A stretch of DNA of 59,949 nucleotides, the filler included. It is 10 parts of 10 records of this genome, joined end to end, with 100 filler letters (N's around TTAATTAATTAA, not from the genome) between each part and the next. Parts side by side here need not be neighbours in the genome. Positions count along the whole stretch, not along the records: positions 42,066 to 47,118 come from SRR31147125_172112; positions 47,219 to 52,660 come from SRR31147125_172645; positions 52,761 to 59,949 come from SRR31147125_173485; 7 more parts are not named here. One strand, 5' to 3'. Numbering within the stretch: position 1 is the first letter of the stretch; each line of letters opens with the position of its first letter. The notes beneath the pieces were generated by a model. The model made no database searches, was not told the origin of the DNA, and worked only from the letters and a program-made list of their open reading frames with translations. Of this stretch, positions 44,812 to 55,328 are shown piece by piece. A program made the position numbers and the translations under genes.

Positions 44812-45255
44812 TTATGGATTCCTGTCCCGTTGCAACACGTGCACTTTGTACTCTTTCCTTCGAGGTGTACGTAGGCTCGGTCGACGTTGCGCTGGGCCAA
44901 TGTGTGTGAAGAAGAGATAACGGGCCCTCTTCCCGTCTTCCCCACGTACCAGGAGACTACCGGTTCCTTTGCATACTTTGCACGCGAAGCCGCCCTGAGG
45001 GGTCGTCGCCACTTGATGGTGGGAGGCGGGACTCGGGAGAACCGGTTGAGGAATGGGCCCTTCCGATGTACGGGAGTTCTCAGAGGGTCGAGGGGTGAGT
45101 GAGGTCTTGTCGTCGTTGTCGTTGTCGTCGTTGTCGTTGTCGGGATCCACTTCTCCTTCTTCTTCCTCCACTTCTCCTGTTTCCTTCACATACCCTTCCT
45201 CCTCAACGAGTTCGGGTGGATCATCTGCAAGGGATGGCAACCTGCGGTGACTCAT
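44812..45255 (-). CDS. Hypothetical eukaryotic protein, acidic/Pro-rich (3' structure uncertain)
   Basis: ATG at 45255, acidic low-complexity stretch, CKVC motif. Confidence 0.4.
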   Translation of the reverse strand: MSHRRLPSLADDPPELVEEEGYVKETGEVEEEEGEVDPDNDNDDNDNDDKTSLTPRPSENSRTSEGPIPQPVLPSPASHHQVATTPQGGFACKVCKGTGSLLVRGEDGKRARYLFFTHIGPAQRRPSLRTPRRKEYKVHVLQRDRNP

Positions 45256-45314
45256 TTGTAAGGGGGGAGAGGGAGAGAGCTCGAAACGACAAATACAGCC
45301 ATCACACTTGTACA

Positions 45315-46732
45315 TCACAGAAAAACGAATCTGTGACGCCACCACAACCATCCAACAGTTACTGCGAAGATGCCTGCTACCGTAGCGATGCGACCTGGAC
45401 GCAGCAAGCTTGTGGATTGGGAGTGTCGCAACTCGTTCAGACGCGTGCGGTCGATAGGGAGATCCCAGTGTTTGCACATCCCTTGGACGTGACCCATTCC
45501 CACAATCCCCACAATCGCACTGTACAGAAAATCAGGAATTAATACATCCACTTTGATCACCTCCTCTCTGCGCACCGACACGGCGGTACGGCTTGTAAGG
45601 AGGCGACAAGATATTGATCTCGTTCTGTGATGAGAGGATGTACAAGGGAGGGAAGATGTTCCCCCAATTCCTGTGGTGGCGATGATGACGATTAGCAGGA
45701 TGGGATGCAACAGACAACAGATCTGGGCACCTGAATCATCTCTGTAAGAAGATCCGTGTTCTTCAGCTTCTCAATGTCCTCCTCACTAACATCGCCTCCC
45801 GTGAGGAGAAAATAACAAAACTTCACCTTCTCCCATAGAGAGAGGGCGTGCCATGCTCGTTTAAGTGTGATCCAAGAGATGTCAAGACGTACAAGCGACA
45901 AAAACACCCCCACCCATTACCCCAGGAAGGATACCATCACATCCCGATCTCCAAGAACGATATTCGCTCCACATCGCGCAGCCTCGATGGCAGCCGCACG
46001 GAATTCCGCTCCAGGAGTGATCTTGAGATCCTTTCCCACCTACAATCAGGAGGATTCGGATGAGCACCAAGAAGGGAGCGAGACGATCCTGGACACCTTC
46101 TGCAAGAACCACGCATAGATTACGTAGAAGAGGCCTACAGTTCCACCCTGCTGTTTCAGGATGTTCAAAATGCCTTTCAGTGTCATCTACCCAACACCAA
46201 CACATCAGAGAAAGAAACGTTTCCCACACATCACCTCTGTGGTCGCCACGCCGTGATAGTCATCGAAGAGCATGCGAACCCTCCGTCGACACAGTTCTAC
46301 CACCACCACGTCCGGATGAATGAGACGGATGACACGCTGAGCGTCCTCGACACTGTTGTGGGAGACGTGTGCGGTGCCCACGAGGTAGACAGGAGTCCCC
46401 GAACGTGTTTGAAGACAAGTACACGATTTGGGCAGGAGAGTCAGATCGGGGGTGTCTGTGGGGTGAGGGATAGCAAGGAGGAGAGAGGGACGCTTGAGGA
46501 AGGCCCCAGATCCCCAGTTGGTTCCCCTCGCACACGTACCTCCTTCTGTTTCATGAGAAGCCTCCTGGGACAAAGCCTTCGTTAACAAGGTTGGGTTGAG
46601 AGACGTTGGGAAGTCCGGTGCACATCGAACGACCATCTGTTCCTGTTGAGGAGGTTGTGGTGGTAGTGGTGGTGGTGGTGGTGGAGAAGGTGAGGGAGAG
46701 GGTGGTTGGTCGTCGAGTCCCCCAGGCGCCAT
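45315..46732 (-). CDS. TraB-domain protein (TRABD-like), multi-exon
   Basis: Exons encode VYLVGTAHVS..S, VVVVELC..R, PGAEFRAA..LGDRD, ITLKRAW..LS.WEK and VGIVGMGHVQG, with a C-terminal TM tail. Confidence 0.88.
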
Positions 46733-46812
46733 CCCTGGTGACAAGGAAAGAGAAGAGACTGTTCCGTTTCCCGCCCATTCCCTCTTCCCCCCCTCCTCCC
46801 CCTCTGCCCCCT

Positions 46813-47118
46813 ATGCCTCCTCGTCTTATTGACCTGGAGGAGGGGCTTCCCCTTCCCCAGGATTCAACTGAGGAGCCTGTGACCTTGTTGAACGTCCGTC
46901 TGGGACAACTTCCGGATGATGACGTCGTTGATGTGCTGGCACAAGTTCAAGAGATTGAAAGAGAGTTGTTTGCCGTGACATGGGATCTGGATGCATTCTT
47001 GGATACTATAGACGCGAGGAACCACCGGGACACGATGATGGTGGCGTGGCTCCCATCGTGGCCTTCCCCCTTTTCCCCTTCGTCCCCTTCGTCCTCCTCG
47101 TCCTCCTCGTCCTCCTCG
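46813..47118 (+). CDS. Possible GNAT/RimI-like acetyltransferase N-terminus (3'-partial)
   Basis: VLAQVQEIERELFAVTWDLDAF resembles the RimI first motif. Ends in a poly-Ser repeat at the contig edge. Confidence 0.4.
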
Positions 47119-47218
47119 NNNNNNNNNNNNNNNNNNNNNNNNNNNNNNNNNNNNNNNNNNNNTTAATTAATTAANNNNNNNNNNNNNNNNNNNNNNNNNN
47201 NNNNNNNNNNNNNNNNNN
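47119..47218. other. Artificial contig spacer
   Basis: N44-TTAATTAATTAA-N44. Confidence 0.99.
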
Positions 47219-47247
47219 TGGGGTGTGGGGTGTGGGGTGTGGGGTGT
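47219..47247 (+). repeat. (GGGGTGT)4 tandem repeat at the contig edge
   Basis: Four G4 tracts separated by TGT. Confidence 0.85.
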
Positions 47248-47451
47248 GCGACGGGATCTGACTTCTACCCAGTCAAGTATTCATTTTGTTCCTCAGATCA
47301 TAGTCAACAACGTGAGTTCCTCCCTCGTTCGGTACGTGAGTGAGATAATCCATCCACCAATATGCCACAATCTAATGCAATGATCGAAGACGTTACCTGG
47401 GGCTTTGTCTCTCCGTCAAGTATTTCATCCCCGATACGGTGCTGCACTATA

Positions 47452-50400
47452 TCAAGGAGCATCGTCTATACGAAGCGAGACCCCCCGTATCCGTTGACAA
47501 AACGTCCGCGCCTCCTCATTGCGACCCTGCTTCTTCAATACGAGGATAAGATTGCGCAATGATGCCTTGAGGTCACGATGAGTCGGCTCAAGGAACCTCT
47601 CACGGAGTTCGAGGGCTTGACGGTGTAGAGGCTCGGCTTCGCCGTATCGGCCTTGCGCCTCCAACATTGTTCCCAGATTGGTGGCGTAGGTTGCCACGTG
47701 GAGGTCGTCGGGGCATGTACCACCCGACTGTGCCATCTCCAGGGCACGACGATAGAGCCCCTCCGATTCACTGCATCGTCCTTGCTCCTCAAAAAGTCCT
47801 GCCAAGTTATTCAAACGGACGGCAACCTCCGGTCCACCGCCGTCCACTGCCTCCCCAATTGTAATGGCGCGTTTGTCTAACAGAGAGACCTCTTAACAAA
47901 CCGACACACCCAGACAGGGACGGACGTACACAGGGTTTCTGCCTCAATGTGCAGGCCCAGTTTCTCCAGAAGTACGGCCAAGTTATTTGCACTCTTCCCA
48001 ACCTGAAGAAACAAGAAACCCGAGGTTACACATCTACACACACACGCACACACACACCTGCGGGTGGACATGCCCGAGAGTTGTTTCACGAATGGTCAGA
48101 GCACGTCGAAAGAGAAGTTCTGCATCCGAATAGCGGCCTCCAACTTGCAGAAGCACCGCAAGGTTGTTGAGAAGTGGAGAAACTTCAAGATGATTGGAAC
48201 CAAAGGCGAGTTCACGGACACGAATCGCACGAACGAAGAGTTGTTCCGCCTCGGCATACTTGCCCCGCGCCTGGAGCACCAGTGCTAAGGAGTTGATTGC
48301 CGTCGCATAGTCGGGATGGTTCTTTCCAACTACATTCTTCGTGATCTCAACCGCACGGCGTCCCAGGGGCTCTGCCTCATCAAAGAGACGACGTCTCTTG
48401 AGAAGTTCCACGGCACGAGTAAGACAAACGGCAACATGGGGATGATCCGTGCCCAATGCGGATTCGACATGGGAGAAGATTTGTTGAAGCAGGAGGTCCA
48501 ATTCCTTAGAGGTGTTTCCGCCAACGCACCCCGCAATATGGCAGGCCAGCCGCCACAGCTCACAATATTCTCCGATATGATTCGCGCCAACTTCGCGCTC
48601 GCGGATGGCAAGGGCCCGTCGTAGCAGTCCCGTAACTTCGTCGTCATTGGATCTGCTTTGCTCGGCAAGAATTCTCGCTAATTCATCAAGTGTCGCGATA
48701 AGGTAGGGACTATCGTGTCCATGCATCTGCTCTCGGGTACGAAGCAATGCTCGGCACTGCTCCTCGTCATAGCTGTGTGGCCGCATGCCCTTTTTGACCA
48801 CGGGGACGGTCGCAAGCACACGGACCGGCCGGGTTTCGCTGATACGTAACCCAGAAATGGTAGCGACGCGTCGCATAAGGGACGAGAACCGAAGTGAGAG
48901 CAACTGGGTCCAGAACTCGACCACCGTACTGGTTTGAGACGAATCCGAGGGCCAACGGAACTTGGACTGAAGGTGGGGCACAATAACTGTTCGCCAGTAG
49001 TGTCGTCGACTGGCGATGTCACTTGCCTCGTCGTCGCTGATACACAAGCAATCCACATGTCGTTGAGCAACAGCAACATAAGCGGCATCGTCACTCTCCT
49101 GTACGCTGCGCCACTCACTCCAGAGTGCAATCTTGACGACGCGAGCAACCATTTCCTCCATCACAGCTCGACGAACTGTTGAGGCATGATGAGGAAGGGC
49201 GTCCAAGACGCATCCCAGAAAACAGATATTGATTCCGTGGTGATGAAGTAGGTCCGTCACATCGTCACCGCACACGGTGTCAGGGTGTGGGTGTTGGAGC
49301 AGATCGTGAATGACAAGAGGAATGGCGTCGCACAATATGGCCTCGAATGCATCCACAACGGCTTGTTCATCGTTCCCGTCACCAAACTCCGTAAAGGCGT
49401 CCGAATTAAGTGGCACGGGGTTCACGGCAACACACTCTGGTCGCAAGCGAGAAGCATACGGCCCGTCGTGGTGGGGGACACGGGGATCAAGAGAAAAAGG
49501 GGAAACAATCGTCCCGTGTTCGCCGCGTAGTATCGGCCCGAGGAACTCACATGTCCTTGAAAATCCACAGAGCCAAGAACATCCACAGAACCACCTGGAC
49601 CGCGTCCCACACGATGCTGCTTGAGGTTGAGGTGATCACAAACGCGCTTGAGCAGTGTGGTGAGCACGGGATCGGCAGCACTCACAAACGTGGCCGTCGC
49701 ATCGTCCTTGTCGTCCATCAAGCCTTGTGCAAGGGTTGTGGACGAGACGGGAGGGACCGATGACACCATAATGCGATGGCCACGATATGTGAAGCAAGCG
49801 GCAAGAGGAAGTGACAAAAAGGGGCCGGCGACGCGCGTCAAGGCATGAAGGCTGCGATATTCATGACCTGCATCCTTCATGACACGACGGACACGATCAT
49901 CACTTGTCTGAGCAGGAGAGTCCCGATCGGGCCAGAGGCGTACAAGGAGACCACGAGCGATGAATGGAGGTGTCGCACGTATCCGTTGCAGGTCAACACT
50001 CTTGTGCATATCCTCTACGAGTGATTGAACCAGTGGATGGGCTGTTTCGAGCATGTCTTGTTCGAGTCTCCTAATCAAGGCAAACGGCGCGTGAAAGATT
50101 CCGGATGCTTTGCTCAAGGTCTCTTGGAATTCCCTGGCCCAGTCTCGAGCGTGGGACTCACTTTCTCCCACCATATAACCGGTGTGAGATCGATCCATAA
50201 GACTCTGCCCGTCCCCATGTTCCTGTTCCTGTTCCTGTTCCTGTTCCAGTCGATCGCGTTGCCGCTGAAAGCCCTGGCGCCGTCCACCCTTGAAGCCCAG
50301 GTCGATCATGTGTCCCGAGAGGTCCACTATGAAGCCCGGGGAGGGATCCTCCGGTCTAGGTGAAGTGGTAGAACTGGTGGCCGGATGCGGGGGCACAATG

Positions 50401-50937
50401 GCAGCGTGCAACTCCTTTGCATCGTCCACAGCCTGCCGCAGTGCATCCACCCACGCCACACCCTCAACATCGCTCTCTGCACGAAGAACAAACGTGCGAG
50501 AGTGGTGTTCACCCATTACGTGGATCTGAAACACACGTGGGTTCTCTGTCTCCCCAATCACCTCCGAGACGGAACACAAGGGGATGATTCCTCGAGGAGA
50601 GGGTGTGTCAATGGTCATCCCAGAGGAGTCCGCCGTTGTTTGGATCTGGGTTCGCGTCTGGGTTTGTGTCTGGTGTTCGGCCTCCTCATCAAAGTCTTGG
50701 GTTTGGTGGAAGAGTGAGAGGATGAAGGACAAGAAACAAGGAACAAGGTCTCACGTACAAAGAAGAGCATCTGCTCGAAGGACAAAACTGTTTGGGACAG
50801 AGAGAGAGGCGGTTCGTTCCATCGCAATGTTACCCCGTAATTCCCGTGGACACACACCTGCGTCGTTGCCAACGATGATGAAGTGCAGGAGACTTCTTAT
50901 GCAAGACACCTCGGTGAAGAACAATCGGAATGCTCAT
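47452..50937 (-). CDS. PH + CLU (clustered mitochondria) + kinesin-light-chain-type TPR protein, multi-exon (frameshift near 49500)
   Basis: PH (GVLHKK..WQRR.FVL..LLYF..PRGII.L..WVDAL), CLU (RDWAREFQ, AGHE, YRGHR, LNLKQH, GRYY..RLFP, LRPE..PLNSDAF, LHHHGINI), TPRs (HPDYATAINSLA..GKYAEAE.L..RA). Introns include 48003-48057 and 47877-47929. Confidence 0.85.
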
Positions 50938-51119
50938 CTCGAAAGAGAGAAGAGGGAGAGGAGAGGAGAGGGGGGGGGCAAAGAGGGAACCATCATGGGC
51001 AAGTCATGTCTATACAAGACCCGCTCCGCATCAACACCACGAACATGTTCGACCATGTATCCCTGCCTCCCTGCCTCCCTCCACACACCCCTTCAACCTT
51101 TTCCAGCACCCCTTCGCCC

Positions 51120-51905
51120 TTATGGCTTGGCCTTGGGCTTGGCCTTAGGCGATGGCTTGGCGGCAGCCTTGGCCTTGGCCGCTGGTTTGGGAGACGCAGC
51201 CGCGGGCTTAGCGGCGGCAGCCTTGGGTTTAGCGGCAGGCTTGGCAGCAGCAGGCTTGGGGGAAGCAGGCTTGGCAGCAGGCTTAGGAGAAGCCTTAGCC
51301 GCAGCGCCACCAGATGACGGACGCGCCGCAGCAGGTTTGGGCTTGGGTGGGGTGGTGGCGCGCTTGGCTTCCACGGAACCTTGGGACTTGCGCTTCACAG
51401 CTTCCTTCCCCTTTTCCGTCTCGGCGCCTGCTTTCGATTGTTTCTCCTTGAGGGCTGCTTCACGTCTCTCACGTGCGGAGTCTTGCTTCTCTTCAATGGA
51501 GCGTTCGATTTCATGTTGTTCTCCCTTCATCTTCTCCGCTACTTCCTTCGCCTTCGCGACTTCAGCTCCCGCCTTCTCCGCCTTTTCACGTTCTTGTGCT
51601 GTGCGACGTTCGCGTGCAGAGTCTTGTTTGTCGTCTATCTCCTTGGCGGCATCGTCGCTCTTTTCTGTCGCCTTCATGCGTACCTCTTCCACCTTCTTCG
51701 CACGTGCTTCCAACTTCTCCTTTTCCAGTCGAGCCTCCTCATCGCGTTTCTCTGCTGCTCGCCGTTGTTTGTCATCGAGTTCCTTGGCTATCTCGTCAGG
51801 GCCTTTGGAGCCTCGCGACTCAAGGCGCTCCTTCAATTTGACGGGTACAGGACCTCCAGCGGCGGCGACGTCCACCTCGATAACATCTCCCTTCTTGCCG
51901 GACAT
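51120..51905 (-). CDS. Coiled-coil protein with three 47-aa stathmin-like repeats and a Lys/Ala/Pro-rich tail
   Basis: 261 aa from the ATG at 51905. Repeats start at DDKQ, DDKQ and EEKQ, 47 residues apart. Tail of PKPAAK-type repeats. Confidence 0.65.
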   Translation of the reverse strand: MSGKKGDVIEVDVAAAGGPVPVKLKERLESRGSKGPDEIAKELDDKQRRAAEKRDEEARLEKEKLEARAKKVEEVRMKATEKSDDAAKEIDDKQDSARERRTAQEREKAEKAGAEVAKAKEVAEKMKGEQHEIERSIEEKQDSARERREAALKEKQSKAGAETEKGKEAVKRKSQGSVEAKRATTPPKPKPAAARPSSGGAAAKASPKPAAKPASPKPAAAKPAAKPKAAAAKPAAASPKPAAKAKAAAKPSPKAKPKAKP

Positions 51906-52204
51906 AGCGGTAGAGCGTGCGAGCAGAGGGGGGATGGATGGGGTGGGGGTAAAGCAGGCGAAGGCGAGCAGAGCAAGCGAAGGGAAATGAGTAGCCCACG
52001 TACCCGTCACCTCCCCACCCCATCCCTCTCTACGTCATGTGAAAGACAGAAGAAACATGTGGGGGACGGGAGGAACATGGGGCGAGGGCAGGGAGGGCTG
52101 GGGCAGGAAGGGGGGAAGCTGTTGAGGGATGTGGCGCCATGCGTTTTGCCATGCGCCAGCGAACGCATGGGGATGGGGATCGTATACACCCTTTGTTGAT
52201 TCAC

Positions 52205-52660
52205 TTATGAACTCGTGGGTTCTTCGGTCGTCTGTGCCCTTTGTAGGAATGGTGCTCCTCGTTCCATTCGCTCCACCTCTCGAACAATCGCCCTCGTGGG
52301 TGTATAACAAAATTTGTCTATAATGGAGAGTCGTGTGGGTATTTCTGGATGACAACACCACCACCAACGACGACACATACCACTCCGAACCCAGGCGTGG
52401 AGCATCTTACCTTCCCAGATCTTTGCTCGGAGTGTTTCGGGAGACGTTTGATTCACGAATCGACCATAGAGGTGGTTGATTTGGTTCTGATTGTGTCGGA
52501 GGAAGCTGGAGGACGGATGGACGGACGAGTGAGGTGTGGGGAACACACAAGACGACAGCACTCCTTACAGATATGCATGGGTTCGGCCGTGTGTGGTAAG
52601 GATCTGTAAGGCTCGCCCTCGGAAGGCTCTGTGCAGTTCCTGGACAACAGCTGCAAGCTT
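52205..52660 (-). CDS. Partial multi-exon eukaryotic gene, unknown product
   Basis: Open frame from the contig edge (KLAAVVQELHRAFRG..) to a GTAAGG donor, then a further exon-like segment. Boundaries uncertain. Confidence 0.3.
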
Positions 52661-52760
52661 NNNNNNNNNNNNNNNNNNNNNNNNNNNNNNNNNNNNNNNN
52701 NNNNTTAATTAATTAANNNNNNNNNNNNNNNNNNNNNNNNNNNNNNNNNNNNNNNNNNNN
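52661..52760. other. Artificial contig spacer
   Basis: N44-TTAATTAATTAA-N44. Confidence 0.99.
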
Positions 52761-55297
52761 GGGAGATCGAGGAATGCGACAGCCATGTCGTCACGATGAG
52801 TATCCCCTTCGGGTTTCCCCATTTCCCGCCGAGCTGTAAGCCCAAAAGCCCGATATTCCATCCGGATTTCGATCCTGCGGCAATCTGCATCGGTGATTTC
52901 TGGGAGAAAAACCGCTCTATCGTTGAACTGATCAAGCACATCAGGGAAATGATAGCAGGTGAAGTCTATTCAACCTCCAATGCATTCAACGAAGAAGCCG
53001 CACGCTGGTATGCTGAAAAATTCGCCAGACCGGAGCAGGATGTGTCGGAACCGTTCCTCGATCCGCTACCGCCTTCTGCAGAACCCGATGAACCGGTGGG
53101 GAATGATTTCACTTCATTGCTCGACGACGAAGTGGACGACGTGGTCGGTGACGACCTGCTTGGTGATTTCGAACCCGGCACCGACAGCCCCGTCCCTGCC
53201 CTGAGTTTCGCCGATGAACCCGCGGCCCCGGGTGACGGCCAATCGGAAGAAACCCTCGACAGTCTGTTCCAGGAGTCTGATTTCGATTTTGAATCCTCCG
53301 CACCTTCCGAAGAGACAAAGGAAGGGGACCTGCTTCCGTCAGACTTCGGTGGAGAGCTCGAAAAAGAAGTGGTGAAGGATGACGTTGATATCAAATATCT
53401 CCAGGAGCTGACCGAGAGCAAACGCTACTTCGGGCTAGACAGAGAACTGTCGCAGCTTTCTGAAGACACCGTCTTCGATGGCAGAGATGCATTCGCCGAA
53501 GAAGCTGCAGATGCTCTCGAACAGGCTCAATCACTCTACACCCGTGCACTGGAGTATGAACACAAGGGGGAACCGGAACGGGCACTCAGATGTTTCAAAC
53601 AGATACCCGACTACACCACCGACTATCCGGGTCTGCAACAGGACATCAACCGAATAGCCCAGGCACTCGAGCTCCTTGGCGACTGGACGGAACCGGCTGC
53701 GGAAGAGAAGAAGGTTGCACAAGTCGAAGAGTTGACTGAGGCGGAGACAGAAGAGGAATCCGAAAGAACGCAGAAACCGCCCCCGGCCCAGCCGGCTGAA
53801 TCTCCGAAAGACAGACCAGCGGCGGGTACTCCCGAGTCACGCACATTCTTTGAAAACGACAATCAGGGGAAATCCCGCCTGGTTCCGATAGCGATTGGTA
53901 TCATCATCCTGCTGATTGGCGCGGCAGCCGGAATTAACTATTATCTCAGCACAGACAACTACGAGAAAGCCTCACGCTATTATGCAGACTGCAGGACCTC
54001 GCTCGAAAAGAATCGCTTCACCGATGCCGAGCAGCAATGCGAGTCGGCACTGGGAGTGGTGAAGCAGATCTTTTTGTTCAAAACATCCGATCGTGATCAA
54101 TTGACCGGCGAAATCGAGAGGACGCTCAGGTCGAAGCCGCTCAGGGAGGGACTGGCCGGTAACCTCCCGCTGGATGGAAACTATTACCCCCAGAAGGTTG
54201 TGCAAAACATCCAGACCTTCAGAAAATTCAAAGCCGAGGGAGACTCATTCTTCGCCAGTGAAAAATGGCAGCACGCCGTATCGAATTACCAACAGGCGCT
54301 GGAAATTGCCACAGACGAAGAATCCATCGATCGTCAGCAGGCCTTCCTGATCTTGGAGAATATCAAACTGGCCAAGTTCAGGATAACTTATGAATCCGCC
54401 CGTTCGTATGTAAAACGCAAGAAATGGGTTCTGGCCACCAACGATTTCAACACCGCATTCGAGCAGTTGAAATCACTCGATACAGACGACAAGGCGTCAA
54501 TCATCGATGACATTACGAACCAGTTGAGCACCATTGCACTGGCAACTGAGAAGGAGAAAGGTGATACCGCTTTCCGGGACGCGCGATGGCATGAGGCGGC
54601 ACTGCACTATCGCAAGGCTCTCGAGATCGCCCGACAGGCTCCCGCTGCAGACGAGGATGCAATTTACGAACTGAAACAGCTTGTCGTAAAAGGAGATCTC
54701 TACAGTATTATCTCCACGGGAAAATCCGCGTTCAGGAAGGCACAGTGGGACATGGCAATAGACAGCTATGATCAGGCCATCACGCTCCTGGAGGACAATC
54801 GCGAACTGCTCAAACAAGCAAACACTGAGGAGAACAGGAAGAAACTCGCCCGCATCCTGCTCCAGGCAGCAGTGATCAGGGATAAGCAGAGCGCGGCGCG
54901 ACACCTCAAGGAACACGAATACGGCGAGGCTATCGCGAAACTCAAGGCGATCCACGACTCTATCACAACCAGTGAATTCGAACAGGAGCAGGTTTTCGTT
55001 GCCGCCCTGGAAGAGGCTGAGCAGTCGATTGAACAGGCGCAGAAGGATCGACTGCTGTCAGATAAGATCAGTTACCTGGAAGAAAATTTTGAAGCACTCT
55101 TCACCAAACATTATACAGGAGCCCCCCCCGAATCCCTGACCGAGCGCACCGTCATTTTCGAGAAGCGGGAGGGTGATATCCTGCTGTTCAGGTTACAGTG
55201 TGTTGAGATCGGCCATGGCAGACCGCTCCAGTTGGTCATGAAGTACGCCTACAACCTGAAGACCGGGACGTGGCGCTTTCACAGCGACGCAGAATAA
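52761..55297 (+). CDS. Ubiquitin-conjugating enzyme (E2/UBC)-like domain + acidic linker + TM + TPR protein (probably 5'-partial)
   Basis: IPFGFPHFPP.C...SPIFHPDFDPAAICIGDFW..SIVELI..I..MI....NAFNEEAARWY. One TM at about 53880-53945 and multiple TPR pairs. The frame is open back to the contig edge. Confidence 0.8.
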
Positions 55298-55328
55298 AGA
55301 CCGGGTCGGAATCGAGTACTGCGTATCC

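Noticed and set aside
47219-47247. Telomeric repeat
   Set aside because: The G-rich strand points into the contig, the wrong orientation for a left chromosome end, and there are only four units.
50584-51990. 468-aa plus-strand ORF and other long antisense ORFs (e.g. 9484-10398, 18315-19526, 57718-58770)
   Set aside because: They are shadows of well-supported genes on the opposite strand and have no motifs of their own.
6712-52760. Recurrent TTAATTAATTAA as a biological repeat or CRISPR-like element
   Set aside because: Always centred in exactly 44+44 N. It is a six-frame-stop linker.
52761-53010. E2 domain as carry-over from the neighbouring eukaryotic contig
   Set aside because: It lies after the spacer, in frame with an intronless gene on a bacterial contig, and its AICIGDFW/EAARWY pattern looks like prokaryotic E2s.
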